From a virus (lineage: Duplodnaviria; Caudoviricetes), in the IMG/VR virus record IMGVR_UViG_3300037851_000284, positions 64,001 to 128,000 of that record: 64,000 bases of DNA. One strand, given 5' to 3'. This document shows, one piece after another, positions 1 through 9,904 of this stretch. How positions within the stretch are numbered: the first letter of the stretch is position 1; the number at the start of each line of letters is the position of its first letter. The position numbers and the translations under genes are program-made. The notes under the pieces were generated by a model that saw only the letters and a list, made by a program, of their open reading frames with translations, was not told the origin of the DNA and searched no databases.

Positions 1-27
1 CTTATATGAACAAAGACAGGAGATATA

Positions 28-594
28 ATGGTTATAAAAGTAGTGGGTTGTGGAGGAATTGGGTCATACTTTGCACAACATATAGATAGATTAGTAGAAA
101 CCAAGCAGATAACTACAGCAGATTTTTTCTTTTATGATGACGATGTTGTAGAATTAAAGAATATTCTATATCAAAACTTTTCTACGAAAGATATAGATTC
201 AAACAAGGCAGATGCTCTATCTATGAGATACTTTAATATTACATTTAGGAATAAAAGATTATCAATAGATGACTTAAGTGGAGATTTATCTATATTATGT
301 GCAGACAATAATAAAATAAGAAAGGAAGCCTGGAAAAATTGGATAGATAACAAGATCCCGTTCATAGATGCTAGAGCAAACGGGAGAGCGGTAGGAATCT
401 TCTCCAATGAAACTCCAAATTATGAAGACACATTATCAAAAGATGATACTTCTTCTTCATGCCAAAATCCATTTCAGATAGCAAAGAAGGAAATAGAGTT
501 TGGGAACGTAGTAATCGCAGCTATTTTAGCACAAGTAACACTTAATTATCTTAGACTTAAAACCTTACCAGTAGATGTAACTATAAACATATGA
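28..594 (+). CDS. ThiF/MoeB/E1-like adenylating enzyme
   Basis: N-terminal VVGCGGIGS nucleotide-binding loop; D-x-D-x-V-E-x-K-N-x-x-x-Q (YDDDVVELKNILYQNF); NKADAL; CADN; FIDAR. No CxxC Zn pairs. Confidence 0.85.
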   Translation: MVIKVVGCGGIGSYFAQHIDRLVETKQITTADFFFYDDDVVELKNILYQNFSTKDIDSNKADALSMRYFNITFRNKRLSIDDLSGDLSILCADNNKIRKEAWKNWIDNKIPFIDARANGRAVGIFSNETPNYEDTLSKDDTSSSCQNPFQIAKKEIEFGNVVIAAILAQVTLNYLRLKTLPVDVTINI

Positions 595-851
595 ACAAAC
601 ACATGAGTGACATCAAAGACAGAGATAGAGTAGTCCTTATTGACGATTCCCATGATGAATATAGTAGTGAAAGGTTCTTGAAGAAGGATAACATTAGCTT
701 TGGTGAAATATATATAGTAAGCAGATCCACTAAATTATATCTAGCGTTAGAAGGGAAAAAGTTCTTCCATTCAAAACGCAGATTTGTAACTGCGGATAGC
801 CTACCAAAAAGCGATAGTATACCATCAAGAAGATTGAATTTAAGAGGATAA
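591..851 (+). CDS. hypothetical protein (86 aa)
   Basis: ORF overlaps upstream stop (ATGA) and abuts next gene; no motif recognised. Confidence 0.55.
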   Translation: MNKHMSDIKDRDRVVLIDDSHDEYSSERFLKKDNISFGEIYIVSRSTKLYLALEGKKFFHSKRRFVTADSLPKSDSIPSRRLNLRG

Positions 852-852
852 G

Positions 853-3120
853 ATGAAACAGAAGACAAAACGCGACGTATATCACGATTTTACAAGTCTA
901 ATAAATTCGATATTAGACCTGAAAACAGACTCGAAAATATACGCATTAAATGAAAAAGTAATAGAGAAATTAGGAACAGCTCTTGATAGGCTAGATAAAA
1001 AAGAATCCGGATATATATTATTTTCTTTAACGAGTAGTAAAGTAAGAAAATTATATCTGTTAACAAAATATCATGGGATATTTACTACATATTCGTGGTA
1101 CATAAACGAATCCTTGGAAAATACTATAGATGTAGAAATACACGAAGAAGGACTAGACGATGCTCCATGTGCTATTCTATCAAGAACAAACTCAACGCTG
1201 ATCGAAGAAGAATTAGCTTCAGCTATGGTTATAGAAAATTTTGATGGATTCAGCATAAGTATGCCAGAAACGGAAAAATACCTGGCCATTATAGGAGAAT
1301 GCGAGGGAGATAAAGAATTTTCATTTAATAAAAAAGCATCAGAATTAAAATCTGGTTCTAAACTACTAGATTTATCACGAGAGACGAGAAAGATTATCAG
1401 TAGGGTAAAGTCAAATGTGAAATCTATATTATATGATAAGATAGACAAAGATGATGATAAAATAACAAAGTCTATTAGATTTGACACTTTTACAAATAAT
1501 GCAAAGTTTGTTGGCGAAATTACAGACGTGAAGGAATATGGAGGAAGAAGATTTTTCAAAATAAAATGGATACAAAGAAACGAAGAAGGTAAATACGCAG
1601 AGGGAACAGTAACAAGAGGGTCCTCTCCCACCTCTACAACGACTGCTATTTATCATGATAACAAGGATATATTCAGGTTAAGGTTTATGGCTTGGATACC
1701 TCCATATAATTATGACCTAAGAAATCTAGAAAACATTCCATATAATCTAGTGGATAATGGAAGATTAATAATAGCAATACAAGCACAAACACAAGAATGG
1801 TTAGTATTTATAAGTCAAGATCCAAAAGTAGAACCAAAATTAGTAGAATCGTTTATGAGAGGGATAGAATCCTATTTAATGAATAGAATAGGAGAGGACT
1901 GTAACTTAAGTGTTGAAATAAAAGCAGGAGAAATAGCATCTTTAAGTCTAATCTCATATATAACAAAAGCATCTAGAAATTCAAATCTAGATGGGTTGAG
2001 ACTAAAACTTAAGGCATTAAAGAATATGATGGATGAGTATAATTATATAATAAAGAAGAACAAATCCGATGGATCAAACGTAATTATAACAGAGAACATA
2101 AAATACGATCATTCAAAAGGGAAGTTAACATATAACGACTTTAGTATAGCTGCAGATAGTGAATACGTAAAATCTCTAGTATATCCAAAACTAAATAATT
2201 TATTAATAAGTTATTATAGAAATACTATAAATGAAGAGACTGTATTAACTAGTTCTATAGATATAATGTTAAATTCTGTTATTAGGGAATTAGAGTTTTA
2301 TAATACAAAAATAGACTTAAAGTTGAATGATAAGATAGATATAAAATTAGAAAAGAGATCGTTATTAGTATACGTGAACAACAAAAGATTTAATAGGAAT
2401 GAAATAGGACCTCTACTAAGAGAGATGACTTGTTATAGAGACCAGAAAGAAGCTGATTCCTTTATTGAAAACATAGGGAGATTAGGATTATCAGTATATA
2501 TAGGAATAACTACTGGATACGAAATAGTTGATAACGGATCAATTATACTTAAATTCAAGAAATTAAAGGGAAGATCAAACTATAAATTAATCCTAGATGA
2601 TACCGATATAGATATAAAAAGCAAGAAAGTATTGAACTTTTTATATGATTGGAGTGTTGTTAAGAATTTTAATGTGAGAAATCCAAGAGAAAAACTAACT
2701 CAGTTAATACATAAATCGTGTACCTCTACCAGTCAGTACCTAAAATATAGAGCTCTGGTTGATTCTTCCTACAAATCATATAAGGATAAAGCGTTAGAGT
2801 ATTTAAAATTAAAAGCGACTGAGACTGGATGTACTTTCACGAAATATAATACTGATGATAAGATCTTAGACGCAATATATCTAGAAGGATCATCAGGACA
2901 TAAGTATATCATAGCGTATGATTCGAAAAACTCTTACGTATTTATGGACCCAACCATAAATAGTAATGAAGAATATACGCTAGGTAAATACATATGTATG
3001 GTAGATCAAAGTAATATAAAGTCAAATGTTGGATATGACACAATAGTAGCCAAGATACTAGCATTAAAAAATGACTCGGTAGTTGCCCATACAATTTACA
3101 ACCTACAGGAGGAGTTATGA
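853..3120 (+). CDS. large hypothetical protein (755 aa)
   Basis: Long ORF in an AT-rich genome, tightly coupled to neighbours; no family recognised. Confidence 0.85.
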   Translation: MKQKTKRDVYHDFTSLINSILDLKTDSKIYALNEKVIEKLGTALDRLDKKESGYILFSLTSSKVRKLYLLTKYHGIFTTYSWYINESLENTIDVEIHEEGLDDAPCAILSRTNSTLIEEELASAMVIENFDGFSISMPETEKYLAIIGECEGDKEFSFNKKASELKSGSKLLDLSRETRKIISRVKSNVKSILYDKIDKDDDKITKSIRFDTFTNNAKFVGEITDVKEYGGRRFFKIKWIQRNEEGKYAEGTVTRGSSPTSTTTAIYHDNKDIFRLRFMAWIPPYNYDLRNLENIPYNLVDNGRLIIAIQAQTQEWLVFISQDPKVEPKLVESFMRGIESYLMNRIGEDCNLSVEIKAGEIASLSLISYITKASRNSNLDGLRLKLKALKNMMDEYNYIIKKNKSDGSNVIITENIKYDHSKGKLTYNDFSIAADSEYVKSLVYPKLNNLLISYYRNTINEETVLTSSIDIMLNSVIRELEFYNTKIDLKLNDKIDIKLEKRSLLVYVNNKRFNRNEIGPLLREMTCYRDQKEADSFIENIGRLGLSVYIGITTGYEIVDNGSIILKFKKLKGRSNYKLILDDTDIDIKSKKVLNFLYDWSVVKNFNVRNPREKLTQLIHKSCTSTSQYLKYRALVDSSYKSYKDKALEYLKLKATETGCTFTKYNTDDKILDAIYLEGSSGHKYIIAYDSKNSYVFMDPTINSNEEYTLGKYICMVDQSNIKSNVGYDTIVAKILALKNDSVVAHTIYNLQEEL

Positions 3121-3338
3121 TTGTTGAAATAACAGGAGATATAGATGGATTCTCTTGGTATGGTGATAAGATAGGTAAACTGTACGAAGTAGAAGAATTT
3201 ATAGTTCCTTACCAAGGAATTCAAATAAAAGCTTTTAAAACAGAAAGCGGGGATTGGATATTACCATGTGATTGTGTTGTTATAGAAGATATTAAAAATG
3301 AAAACCAAAAAAGAACAATAAATTTAAGGAGAAGATAA
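3117..3338 (+). CDS. hypothetical protein (73 aa, possible SH3-like fold)
   Basis: AGGAG SD upstream; ATGA coupling; beta-rich pattern (WYxxxIGKxYEV...WILPCDC). Confidence 0.6.
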   Translation: MIVEITGDIDGFSWYGDKIGKLYEVEEFIVPYQGIQIKAFKTESGDWILPCDCVVIEDIKNENQKRTINLRRR

Positions 3339-3553
3339 TGGATTTAATACCAATACAGAGAGCAACAAATCTAGAGTACGAAAATAAAGAATATAAATTA
3401 AGTGACGCAATAGAAGTTTTAAATTCAGAATTAGATAACGGAAAAACAATTTGGATAGATGGACAAATGTTTAATGATTCTTGTATAACAGAGGATGTAT
3501 TATTAAAATGTAAGAAGAATGTTTGTGTAACAAACAAACTAATAGGTGGATAA
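3338..3553 (+). CDS. hypothetical protein (71 aa)
   Basis: TAATG coupling; AGGAG upstream. Confidence 0.6.
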   Translation: MDLIPIQRATNLEYENKEYKLSDAIEVLNSELDNGKTIWIDGQMFNDSCITEDVLLKCKKNVCVTNKLIGG

Positions 3554-4153
3554 TTGAATTTCGAAATGCAAATATCAAATAACATAAAAGCTAGGAATAT
3601 TTCAATAGATTCACTAGACTCTTCGGTATTATCACGGTTAACATGTAATCGCTATCTATCAATACAACCAATAATAAAATTGAAATTTAATAATATAATA
3701 TCTCCGTCATTAGACATAGATATAAATATCAATTCATTATGTAAGATAGCCATAGATAATAGATACAGGGCCATAGTAACAGAAGACGAATCAGTATTAC
3801 CAATACCATTTATATTTAAATATAAAGGAAAGGACATAAAGTCCCTATCTTCTTATAATCCAACACACATTAAGTCTTCTATAATAAAAACCATTTTGCT
3901 AGATGGATCTGATTGTATAGATGTTAGGGCTGATAGAGCAGTAGCTATATTATACATATACTGGTTCTGTAATACAGACAATGGAATAAAAGATATTACT
4001 CATAATGTATGCGTTGACATTGAAAGTATAATATCTACAATTATAGAAAAAGGGTTAACATTATACAAAGACTATACCATAACATCAGAGGTTATTGAAT
4101 GTCTAAGAGAGAAACTTAGAAGCGAAAAACTGCTAAACATGGGAGACTTATGA
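3554..4153 (+). CDS. hypothetical protein (199 aa)
   Basis: Fills the operon gap; TTG or nearby ATG start. Confidence 0.7.
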   Translation: MNFEMQISNNIKARNISIDSLDSSVLSRLTCNRYLSIQPIIKLKFNNIISPSLDIDININSLCKIAIDNRYRAIVTEDESVLPIPFIFKYKGKDIKSLSSYNPTHIKSSIIKTILLDGSDCIDVRADRAVAILYIYWFCNTDNGIKDITHNVCVDIESIISTIIEKGLTLYKDYTITSEVIECLREKLRSEKLLNMGDL

Positions 4154-4482
4154 TTGAACTGGTAGTAAGAGATACATATCTAGAATGTTCAACAAATGTG
4201 GACACTAAGATTGATTTTGACACATTCAAAGAACTAACAGGAATAAGTATAGACTTTAGTATAAGAACAGGAAAAAGAATAAAATTGTTTAGAGAGGCAG
4301 GACATTTATATATACAAGACAGAGAGTTTATAGCTAAAGGACGTTATAAAAATGTTGATTCTAGAGTAGTTTTTAAGTGTATAGGAGTAGACAAGTCTGG
4401 AGTAGCATTATTAAGTCCTGCAGGAAAAGCATTAAAAACATTTTCCACTAATATCATAGAATTATATACAGTAGTAACATGA
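4150..4482 (+). CDS. hypothetical protein (110 aa)
   Basis: ATGA-coupled on both sides; GGGAG SD. Confidence 0.65.
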   Translation: MIELVVRDTYLECSTNVDTKIDFDTFKELTGISIDFSIRTGKRIKLFREAGHLYIQDREFIAKGRYKNVDSRVVFKCIGVDKSGVALLSPAGKALKTFSTNIIELYTVVT

Positions 4483-6917
4483 AAATACCACTGTCAGCAT
4501 ATCCAATAGACGACGGAATATTAATATATAGAAACGGCAATGTAGATAAAATAGACTACCCGTTTAGACCATTTGTACTAGCAAGAAAAGATAAGGTATT
4601 AAATCTATTCGGAAAAGAAGAAACTTGGAGGAAGGTTCCAGAGGATGAAGATTTAAAGTATTTGAAATTGGACTTCAGTAACGTAAAAGAATTCAATGAA
4701 TTCCGGAAGAGACAATCAAAGAATTCTAGTAATATATTAATGAATTCCTTCATGGAACAAATATATATATGCTCCCCAGAATTCTTTTTTAAGTATCCTC
4801 ACACAAATAATTTAAGACTAATGTTCTTTGATATTGAGGTAGCATCTAAAGGAGACGGTCTATTTCCTAGACCCTCCAATAACGAAATACTTTGTATAGG
4901 ATATAGTATATGGGAGTATTTTGATAATGGAAGCAAAAGGAAGATATGGCAAGACATATGTAAAGGATTTGACGTAAAATCCATGTCGGATAAGCCAGTA
5001 ATAGATTCCTTTTTAGATGCTATAAAAAAGTATGACCCAGATATCATAGCCGGATACTTTAGTTCTGAATTTGACCTTCCCTATGTAATAGAGCGGGCCA
5101 AAATAGTAAAATCAGATATAACAAAGCTATGTAGAGGAGGAAGAGAGCCAGTATTAGGAGATAAGGAAAATAAAATACGATTACCAGGAAGAATTCACTT
5201 TGATATATTTGAGTCCAATATAGGAGTAAAAAAAGACCAAACTCTATTTGGGATAAAATCAAGAAAACTGAAGGAATTAGCAAGATGGTACAATGTAAAA
5301 AGAACAAAGCTAGTTAATAATGCTTGGGTAGAAGATAAGATGGAAGATATTGAGATTCCAGAACATATGGAAGATCTTCTAAAATTATTCCGAGAAAATC
5401 CGAGCAGGTTATACGCATACCAAGACGATGATATTTATAGAACTGAAGGAATAGGACACGTATATCTCAGAACGGCTATAATATTAGCTGAAATAATGGG
5501 AGTAACTCTAGAAAGTGTAATAGAAGGTTACTCAAGTTCTGTTCCAAAATTATGTATAGCTAGAGAAATGCACAATTTAAAGCTAATAAATACGGAAACT
5601 AATTTTCATAAATATAATATTCAGAATGGATCCATCGCAAAGATAAGTGGCAAGTTGAAATATGAAGGAGCAATAGGCGGACTGTATAAGAACGGATACA
5701 TACCATATACTCAGAAATTAGATTTTAAATCACAGTACCCATCAGCCATCCAAACTTGGAACCTAGGACCAGATACGACAAAGTTAATATCAATAGAGCC
5801 TTACACTGGAAAATATAATTGTACACAAGAAGGGACCTTCAATTGGTATAGAATACCAACCACCTTTGATGATGGAAAGTTCTCTTACGATTTTATAGTA
5901 AGAGTAAGAAACGATAAAGATGGATTCCTTAAGAAGTACATATCTGACCTAAAGCAAGAAAGAAAAAAAATTAATCAAGAGTTAAAGTCTGCTCAAGGAG
6001 ACGAGAAAATTGCTCTTAATTCACAACAGCACGCAATAAAAATTAAGCTTAACAGTACATATGGTTTTCTAGGGCTAAAATCAACCATATATGGAGATAT
6101 GATCAGCGCAGTAATGGTAACAGCAATGTGTAGATGGTGTACAATGAAGTTACTACAAAGAAATAAAGACGTTATATGTGAGGTAGACACTGATGGTATT
6201 ATAGTTGATAAACACTTGTCTGTAGAAGAAGAGAACACTTGGATTGATAAAGAAATAAAAGAAAAATTCAAGTTGAAAGAAAACTTTATGACTCTAGACC
6301 TTGAAGACGAAGGGAACCGAGCTTACTTTTATCTGAAAAAGAATTATGTTATAGAGAAGAACGGAGACTTTATAATACATGGCTCCTCACTTAAAGGATC
6401 TAAATCATCAAAGGTAGTAGACAGAGCTATAAATCTAGGAATACAATACATATTTAATAATAAACCAATTGAAGAAGTATTTAGAGAAGCATATGACTTC
6501 AACGGACTTAAACTAGAAGACTTTGCTGAAAGAATTAAGCTATCAAAAGATACAGTAGAATACGATGACCAATTTGATTTTAGAATCTTCTTGGTAAAAC
6601 AGGTTGAAGCAAAGACCGGACGAGTTATTACTAAGGGTACCCAAATGAATTATCTAGTAACTAAAGATAAACTCCCCTATGAAGAATTTAGACAGTATTA
6701 TAGGGGAGGGAAAAATTATACGTATACTGGATATGTTAGCAAAGTAGAAGAGTTAGATATTAATTATTATATTGAGCAAGTAGATAAGGCGTTAGCAAAA
6801 TTCGGAATATCCAAGACCGAATATATAAAGATAAACATGTTCGATACTGGAGTTCCAAACAAAAAACCAATAGATCAAGCAGAAGAACTAGACACTATAT
6901 ATATAGGAGAACTATAA
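4479..6917 (+). CDS. polB: DNA polymerase, family B, with 3'-5' exonuclease
   Basis: ExoI FFDIEV, ExoII YFSSEFDLPYV, ExoIII YQDDD; polymerase motif A DFKSQYPS, motif B KIKLNSTYGFLG, motif C EVDTDGI. Confidence 0.95.
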   Translation: MKIPLSAYPIDDGILIYRNGNVDKIDYPFRPFVLARKDKVLNLFGKEETWRKVPEDEDLKYLKLDFSNVKEFNEFRKRQSKNSSNILMNSFMEQIYICSPEFFFKYPHTNNLRLMFFDIEVASKGDGLFPRPSNNEILCIGYSIWEYFDNGSKRKIWQDICKGFDVKSMSDKPVIDSFLDAIKKYDPDIIAGYFSSEFDLPYVIERAKIVKSDITKLCRGGREPVLGDKENKIRLPGRIHFDIFESNIGVKKDQTLFGIKSRKLKELARWYNVKRTKLVNNAWVEDKMEDIEIPEHMEDLLKLFRENPSRLYAYQDDDIYRTEGIGHVYLRTAIILAEIMGVTLESVIEGYSSSVPKLCIAREMHNLKLINTETNFHKYNIQNGSIAKISGKLKYEGAIGGLYKNGYIPYTQKLDFKSQYPSAIQTWNLGPDTTKLISIEPYTGKYNCTQEGTFNWYRIPTTFDDGKFSYDFIVRVRNDKDGFLKKYISDLKQERKKINQELKSAQGDEKIALNSQQHAIKIKLNSTYGFLGLKSTIYGDMISAVMVTAMCRWCTMKLLQRNKDVICEVDTDGIIVDKHLSVEEENTWIDKEIKEKFKLKENFMTLDLEDEGNRAYFYLKKNYVIEKNGDFIIHGSSLKGSKSSKVVDRAINLGIQYIFNNKPIEEVFREAYDFNGLKLEDFAERIKLSKDTVEYDDQFDFRIFLVKQVEAKTGRVITKGTQMNYLVTKDKLPYEEFRQYYRGGKNYTYTGYVSKVEELDINYYIEQVDKALAKFGISKTEYIKINMFDTGVPNKKPIDQAEELDTIYIGEL

Positions 6918-6923
6918 TGAAAA

Positions 6924-7244
6924 ATGATAAAGAAATATACAATGCTTGGGAGATCCATGATGCTTAGTTACAAACAAAGGTTAGTTGAAAATACTAAAAT
7001 AAATGACGCAGTAATTGATACGGTTCTAATTACTGACTTGGATGGACCATATGAGACGGCGATAAAGCACCCCAAATATAATAATGGTAACTGGATAGTA
7101 GTTAAAACATACGAAGATAAAACTAAAGCCAAAGAAGGTCATAAAAGATGGGTAGAACTATTCAATAAGGGATTACCAGACGAGTTATCAGACAACAGCA
7201 CATTATTCATTAAAAAAACTAATAAGCTCAGGTCTAACATTTAA
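6924..7244 (+). CDS. hypothetical phage protein (106 aa)
   Basis: ORF in operon; DTV...GPYETAI..H..Y..G.WIVV..Y pattern typical of small phage proteins. Confidence 0.65.
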   Translation: MIKKYTMLGRSMMLSYKQRLVENTKINDAVIDTVLITDLDGPYETAIKHPKYNNGNWIVVKTYEDKTKAKEGHKRWVELFNKGLPDELSDNSTLFIKKTNKLRSNI

Positions 7245-7256
7245 GAAGGAAGAACA

Positions 7257-8069
7257 ATGGAACCTTATTTAAAGTGGGCAGGAAGAAAATATAAGTTGTT
7301 ACACCAAATACTCCCACTACTTTTTACAAATCAAACATTAGTTGAGCCGTTTGTTGGTAGTGGAGCTGTGTTCCTAAATTCAGGAAATAAAAATGTTATC
7401 ATAAATGATATAAATCGTGATATAATATTAACGTACCAGTACTTAAAAGACGATGATAGCTTTATAGAATATGTCTTGTCCTTCTTTGATGGAAATCTCT
7501 CCAAAGAAAGATATTATAATAACAGAGAATTATTCAATAAAACAGACGACAAGAGACTGAAAGCAGCATTGTTTATATGGCTAAACAGACATGGATTTAA
7601 TGGCTTATGTCGATATAACAAATCAGGTCAATTCAATGTTCCACAAGGAAGTTATATACAAGTAACATGCCCGCTTGATAGCTTAAACTTTGCTAGAACT
7701 ATATTAAAAGAAAAATCTATTACACTTTGTAATATGGACTTTAGATCGTTTATGAGTTTCCTACCTCGAGGGACAGGGCTATCAGTATATTGTGACCCTC
7801 CCTATATACCAGTATCTAGAACATCCAATTTTACTTCTTATAGTCCAAATGACTTTGGGTTAGAAGAACAAAGACAGTTAGCATCTTATGCTAAGAGACT
7901 TGCTAGTAGAGGAAATAGAGTAGTAATAAGTAATTCGTGTACAGAATTGAGTAAAGAAATTTTTAAGAACTGTAATTATAGTACAGATATAGAAGTTACA
8001 AGAAACATTAGTGGGAAAAGCGGAAGCCGTGGTAAAGTATTAGAAACCATATTCGTTTATCATGAATAA
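7257..8069 (+). CDS. dam: Dam-family DNA adenine N6-methyltransferase
   Basis: LKWAGRK, VEPFVGSGAVFLN (SAM binding), LNRHGFNGLCRYNKSGQFNVP, catalytic YCDPPY. Confidence 0.95.
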   Translation: MEPYLKWAGRKYKLLHQILPLLFTNQTLVEPFVGSGAVFLNSGNKNVIINDINRDIILTYQYLKDDDSFIEYVLSFFDGNLSKERYYNNRELFNKTDDKRLKAALFIWLNRHGFNGLCRYNKSGQFNVPQGSYIQVTCPLDSLNFARTILKEKSITLCNMDFRSFMSFLPRGTGLSVYCDPPYIPVSRTSNFTSYSPNDFGLEEQRQLASYAKRLASRGNRVVISNSCTELSKEIFKNCNYSTDIEVTRNISGKSGSRGKVLETIFVYHE

Positions 8070-8511
8070 AAAACAAATAATAAAACTGGTAAAGAGAGCA
8101 TACCCAAGCTTTAATTCTCTTATTAAATATGGTTCAGACCATACATGCGAAGGCTCTCCTGCCTTTGTAGATAAATATAGTAATATTTGGATAAACAAAG
8201 AGAACTTTTTTAAATTCAGTGATTTAGATCAGAAAATAATTATCCTTCATGAGATAGGACACATATTGGTAAAACCAAGAAAAATAAGGAACCTATCGGA
8301 TGAGGAATTATTTGCTAATAACGCAGCAACCAAGAGAGCAATGGATAAGAGATGGTTTTCAATAGCAAAAGGATTAAAAGAAATGATACGCTGCTGGCCA
8401 ACTACGTTTTCTTGGAATGAAGAAAAAGGATCTTATAGAAGATATATAATAGCAGGAAAAAAATATAACAGGAATAGACACAATGAAAAAAAGAATAGGG
8501 TTCGTAAGTAA
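8062..8511 (+). CDS. putative zincin-like (HExxH) metallopeptidase-fold protein
   Basis: IILHEIGHIL followed by EE.FAN, the HExxH...E pattern of ImmA/M78-like proteins. Confidence 0.55.
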   Translation: MNKKQIIKLVKRAYPSFNSLIKYGSDHTCEGSPAFVDKYSNIWINKENFFKFSDLDQKIIILHEIGHILVKPRKIRNLSDEELFANNAATKRAMDKRWFSIAKGLKEMIRCWPTTFSWNEEKGSYRRYIIAGKKYNRNRHNEKKNRVRK

Positions 8512-8827
8512 TAGTAGCTCACAGTGTTACATATTAGACATGAGAGTTCCAGAAGTTGTGATGTTCGTAAATGAATTATTAGAACTTGATCTACCAAAGG
8601 TAACAACAGATAATAGAGGAAATGGTCTTTCTATAGGAAAAGAAACGGAAGATTTTATAGAAGAACTAAAAGAGTGTTACAAAGATGGAAAAATAGATAA
8701 AGAATTAGAAGAACATATACATGAAATAGGAACTGATGATATCGCTTTACTGAGAGATTCAGATGAAAGTGACACAGAAATTCCGTATCCAGAAGGAATA
8801 GTGGCATACACCTTTGATTATCATTAA
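8483..8827 (+). CDS. GFVSNSS-motif family protein, copy 1
   Basis: Starts MKKRIGFVSNSSSQCYIL. Confidence 0.8.
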   Translation: MKKRIGFVSNSSSQCYILDMRVPEVVMFVNELLELDLPKVTTDNRGNGLSIGKETEDFIEELKECYKDGKIDKELEEHIHEIGTDDIALLRDSDESDTEIPYPEGIVAYTFDYH

Positions 8828-8839
8828 CAAGGAGAGACT

Positions 8840-9865
8840 ATGAACATCATAGAAAAAGGGAATCTAAAAATCTTAAGAAGTACGGATTATAATTATTTAT
8901 TTAATAAAAATAACGGCTACTTCCTAAGATGGGGAAAGGAAATAGACGACGACCCACAATATTCTCCATATGGACCAGAGATTCTAGATATAGAAGTAAC
9001 TACTAAATGTACCGGTCCCTCTAATAAAGTATGTTCTTTCTGTTACAAGAGTAATACCCCAAACGGATCTAATATGAGTTTGAATACATTCAAAACTATA
9101 TTAGATAAAATGCCTAAAACCTTGACACAAATAGCATTCGGTGCTGATGCTCATGCTACTTCAAACCCAGAATTATGGGAGATGATGAAATATGCAAGAT
9201 CAAAAGACGTCATTCCTAACATTACTGTGGCAGAAATTACAGATGATATCGCAGATTCTCTGGTACATTATTGTGGTGCTGTTGCTGTTAGTAGATATAG
9301 TGATAAAAACCTTTGTTATGACTCGGTCAAAAAACTAACAGACAGAGGATTAAAACAGGTAAATATCCACCAAATGATATGCCAAGAAACTTATGAACAG
9401 GCTATCGACACCATTAAGGACTGTAAGATAGACAAAAGACTGGCCAATTTAAATGCTATAGTCTTTCTATCACTAAAGAAGAAGGGAAGAGGAGAAAGAT
9501 ACACACCTTTAACACTAGAGCAATTTAAAAGTCTAGTAAACTTATCCTTCGAGCTTAAGAGTCCCTTTGGTTTTGATAGCTGTTCTTGTCATAAGTTTAT
9601 GGATGCTATCAAGGACAGGAAAGACTATTCACAACTAATGAAGAGTGCTGAACCATGTGAGAGCTCAGCATTTTCTAGTTATATTGACGTAGATTCCACG
9701 TTCTATCCATGTAGCTTCTCAGAAGAAGCACAAGGATGGGAAGAAGGATTAAAGATAACTGAAGAAACAGACTTTATGAAAGATATATGGAATAATCCTA
9801 GAACTATAGAGTTCAGGAATAATTTATTAAAATGTTCTCGTAAATGTCCACTATATAAGATTTAA
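8840..9865 (+). CDS. radical SAM enzyme with CX7CX2C motif and Cys-rich C-terminal (Twitch/SPASM-like) region
   Basis: LDIEVTTKCTGPSNKVCSFCY; QIAFG; C-terminal GFDSC, PCESSAFSSYIDVDSTFYPCSF, CSRKCPLY; AAGGAG SD. Confidence 0.85.
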   Translation: MNIIEKGNLKILRSTDYNYLFNKNNGYFLRWGKEIDDDPQYSPYGPEILDIEVTTKCTGPSNKVCSFCYKSNTPNGSNMSLNTFKTILDKMPKTLTQIAFGADAHATSNPELWEMMKYARSKDVIPNITVAEITDDIADSLVHYCGAVAVSRYSDKNLCYDSVKKLTDRGLKQVNIHQMICQETYEQAIDTIKDCKIDKRLANLNAIVFLSLKKKGRGERYTPLTLEQFKSLVNLSFELKSPFGFDSCSCHKFMDAIKDRKDYSQLMKSAEPCESSAFSSYIDVDSTFYPCSFSEEAQGWEEGLKITEETDFMKDIWNNPRTIEFRNNLLKCSRKCPLYKI

Positions 9866-9904
9866 TGTTAAAAATATTGTTGATTTCACTAGGAGTATTT
9901 TGAC

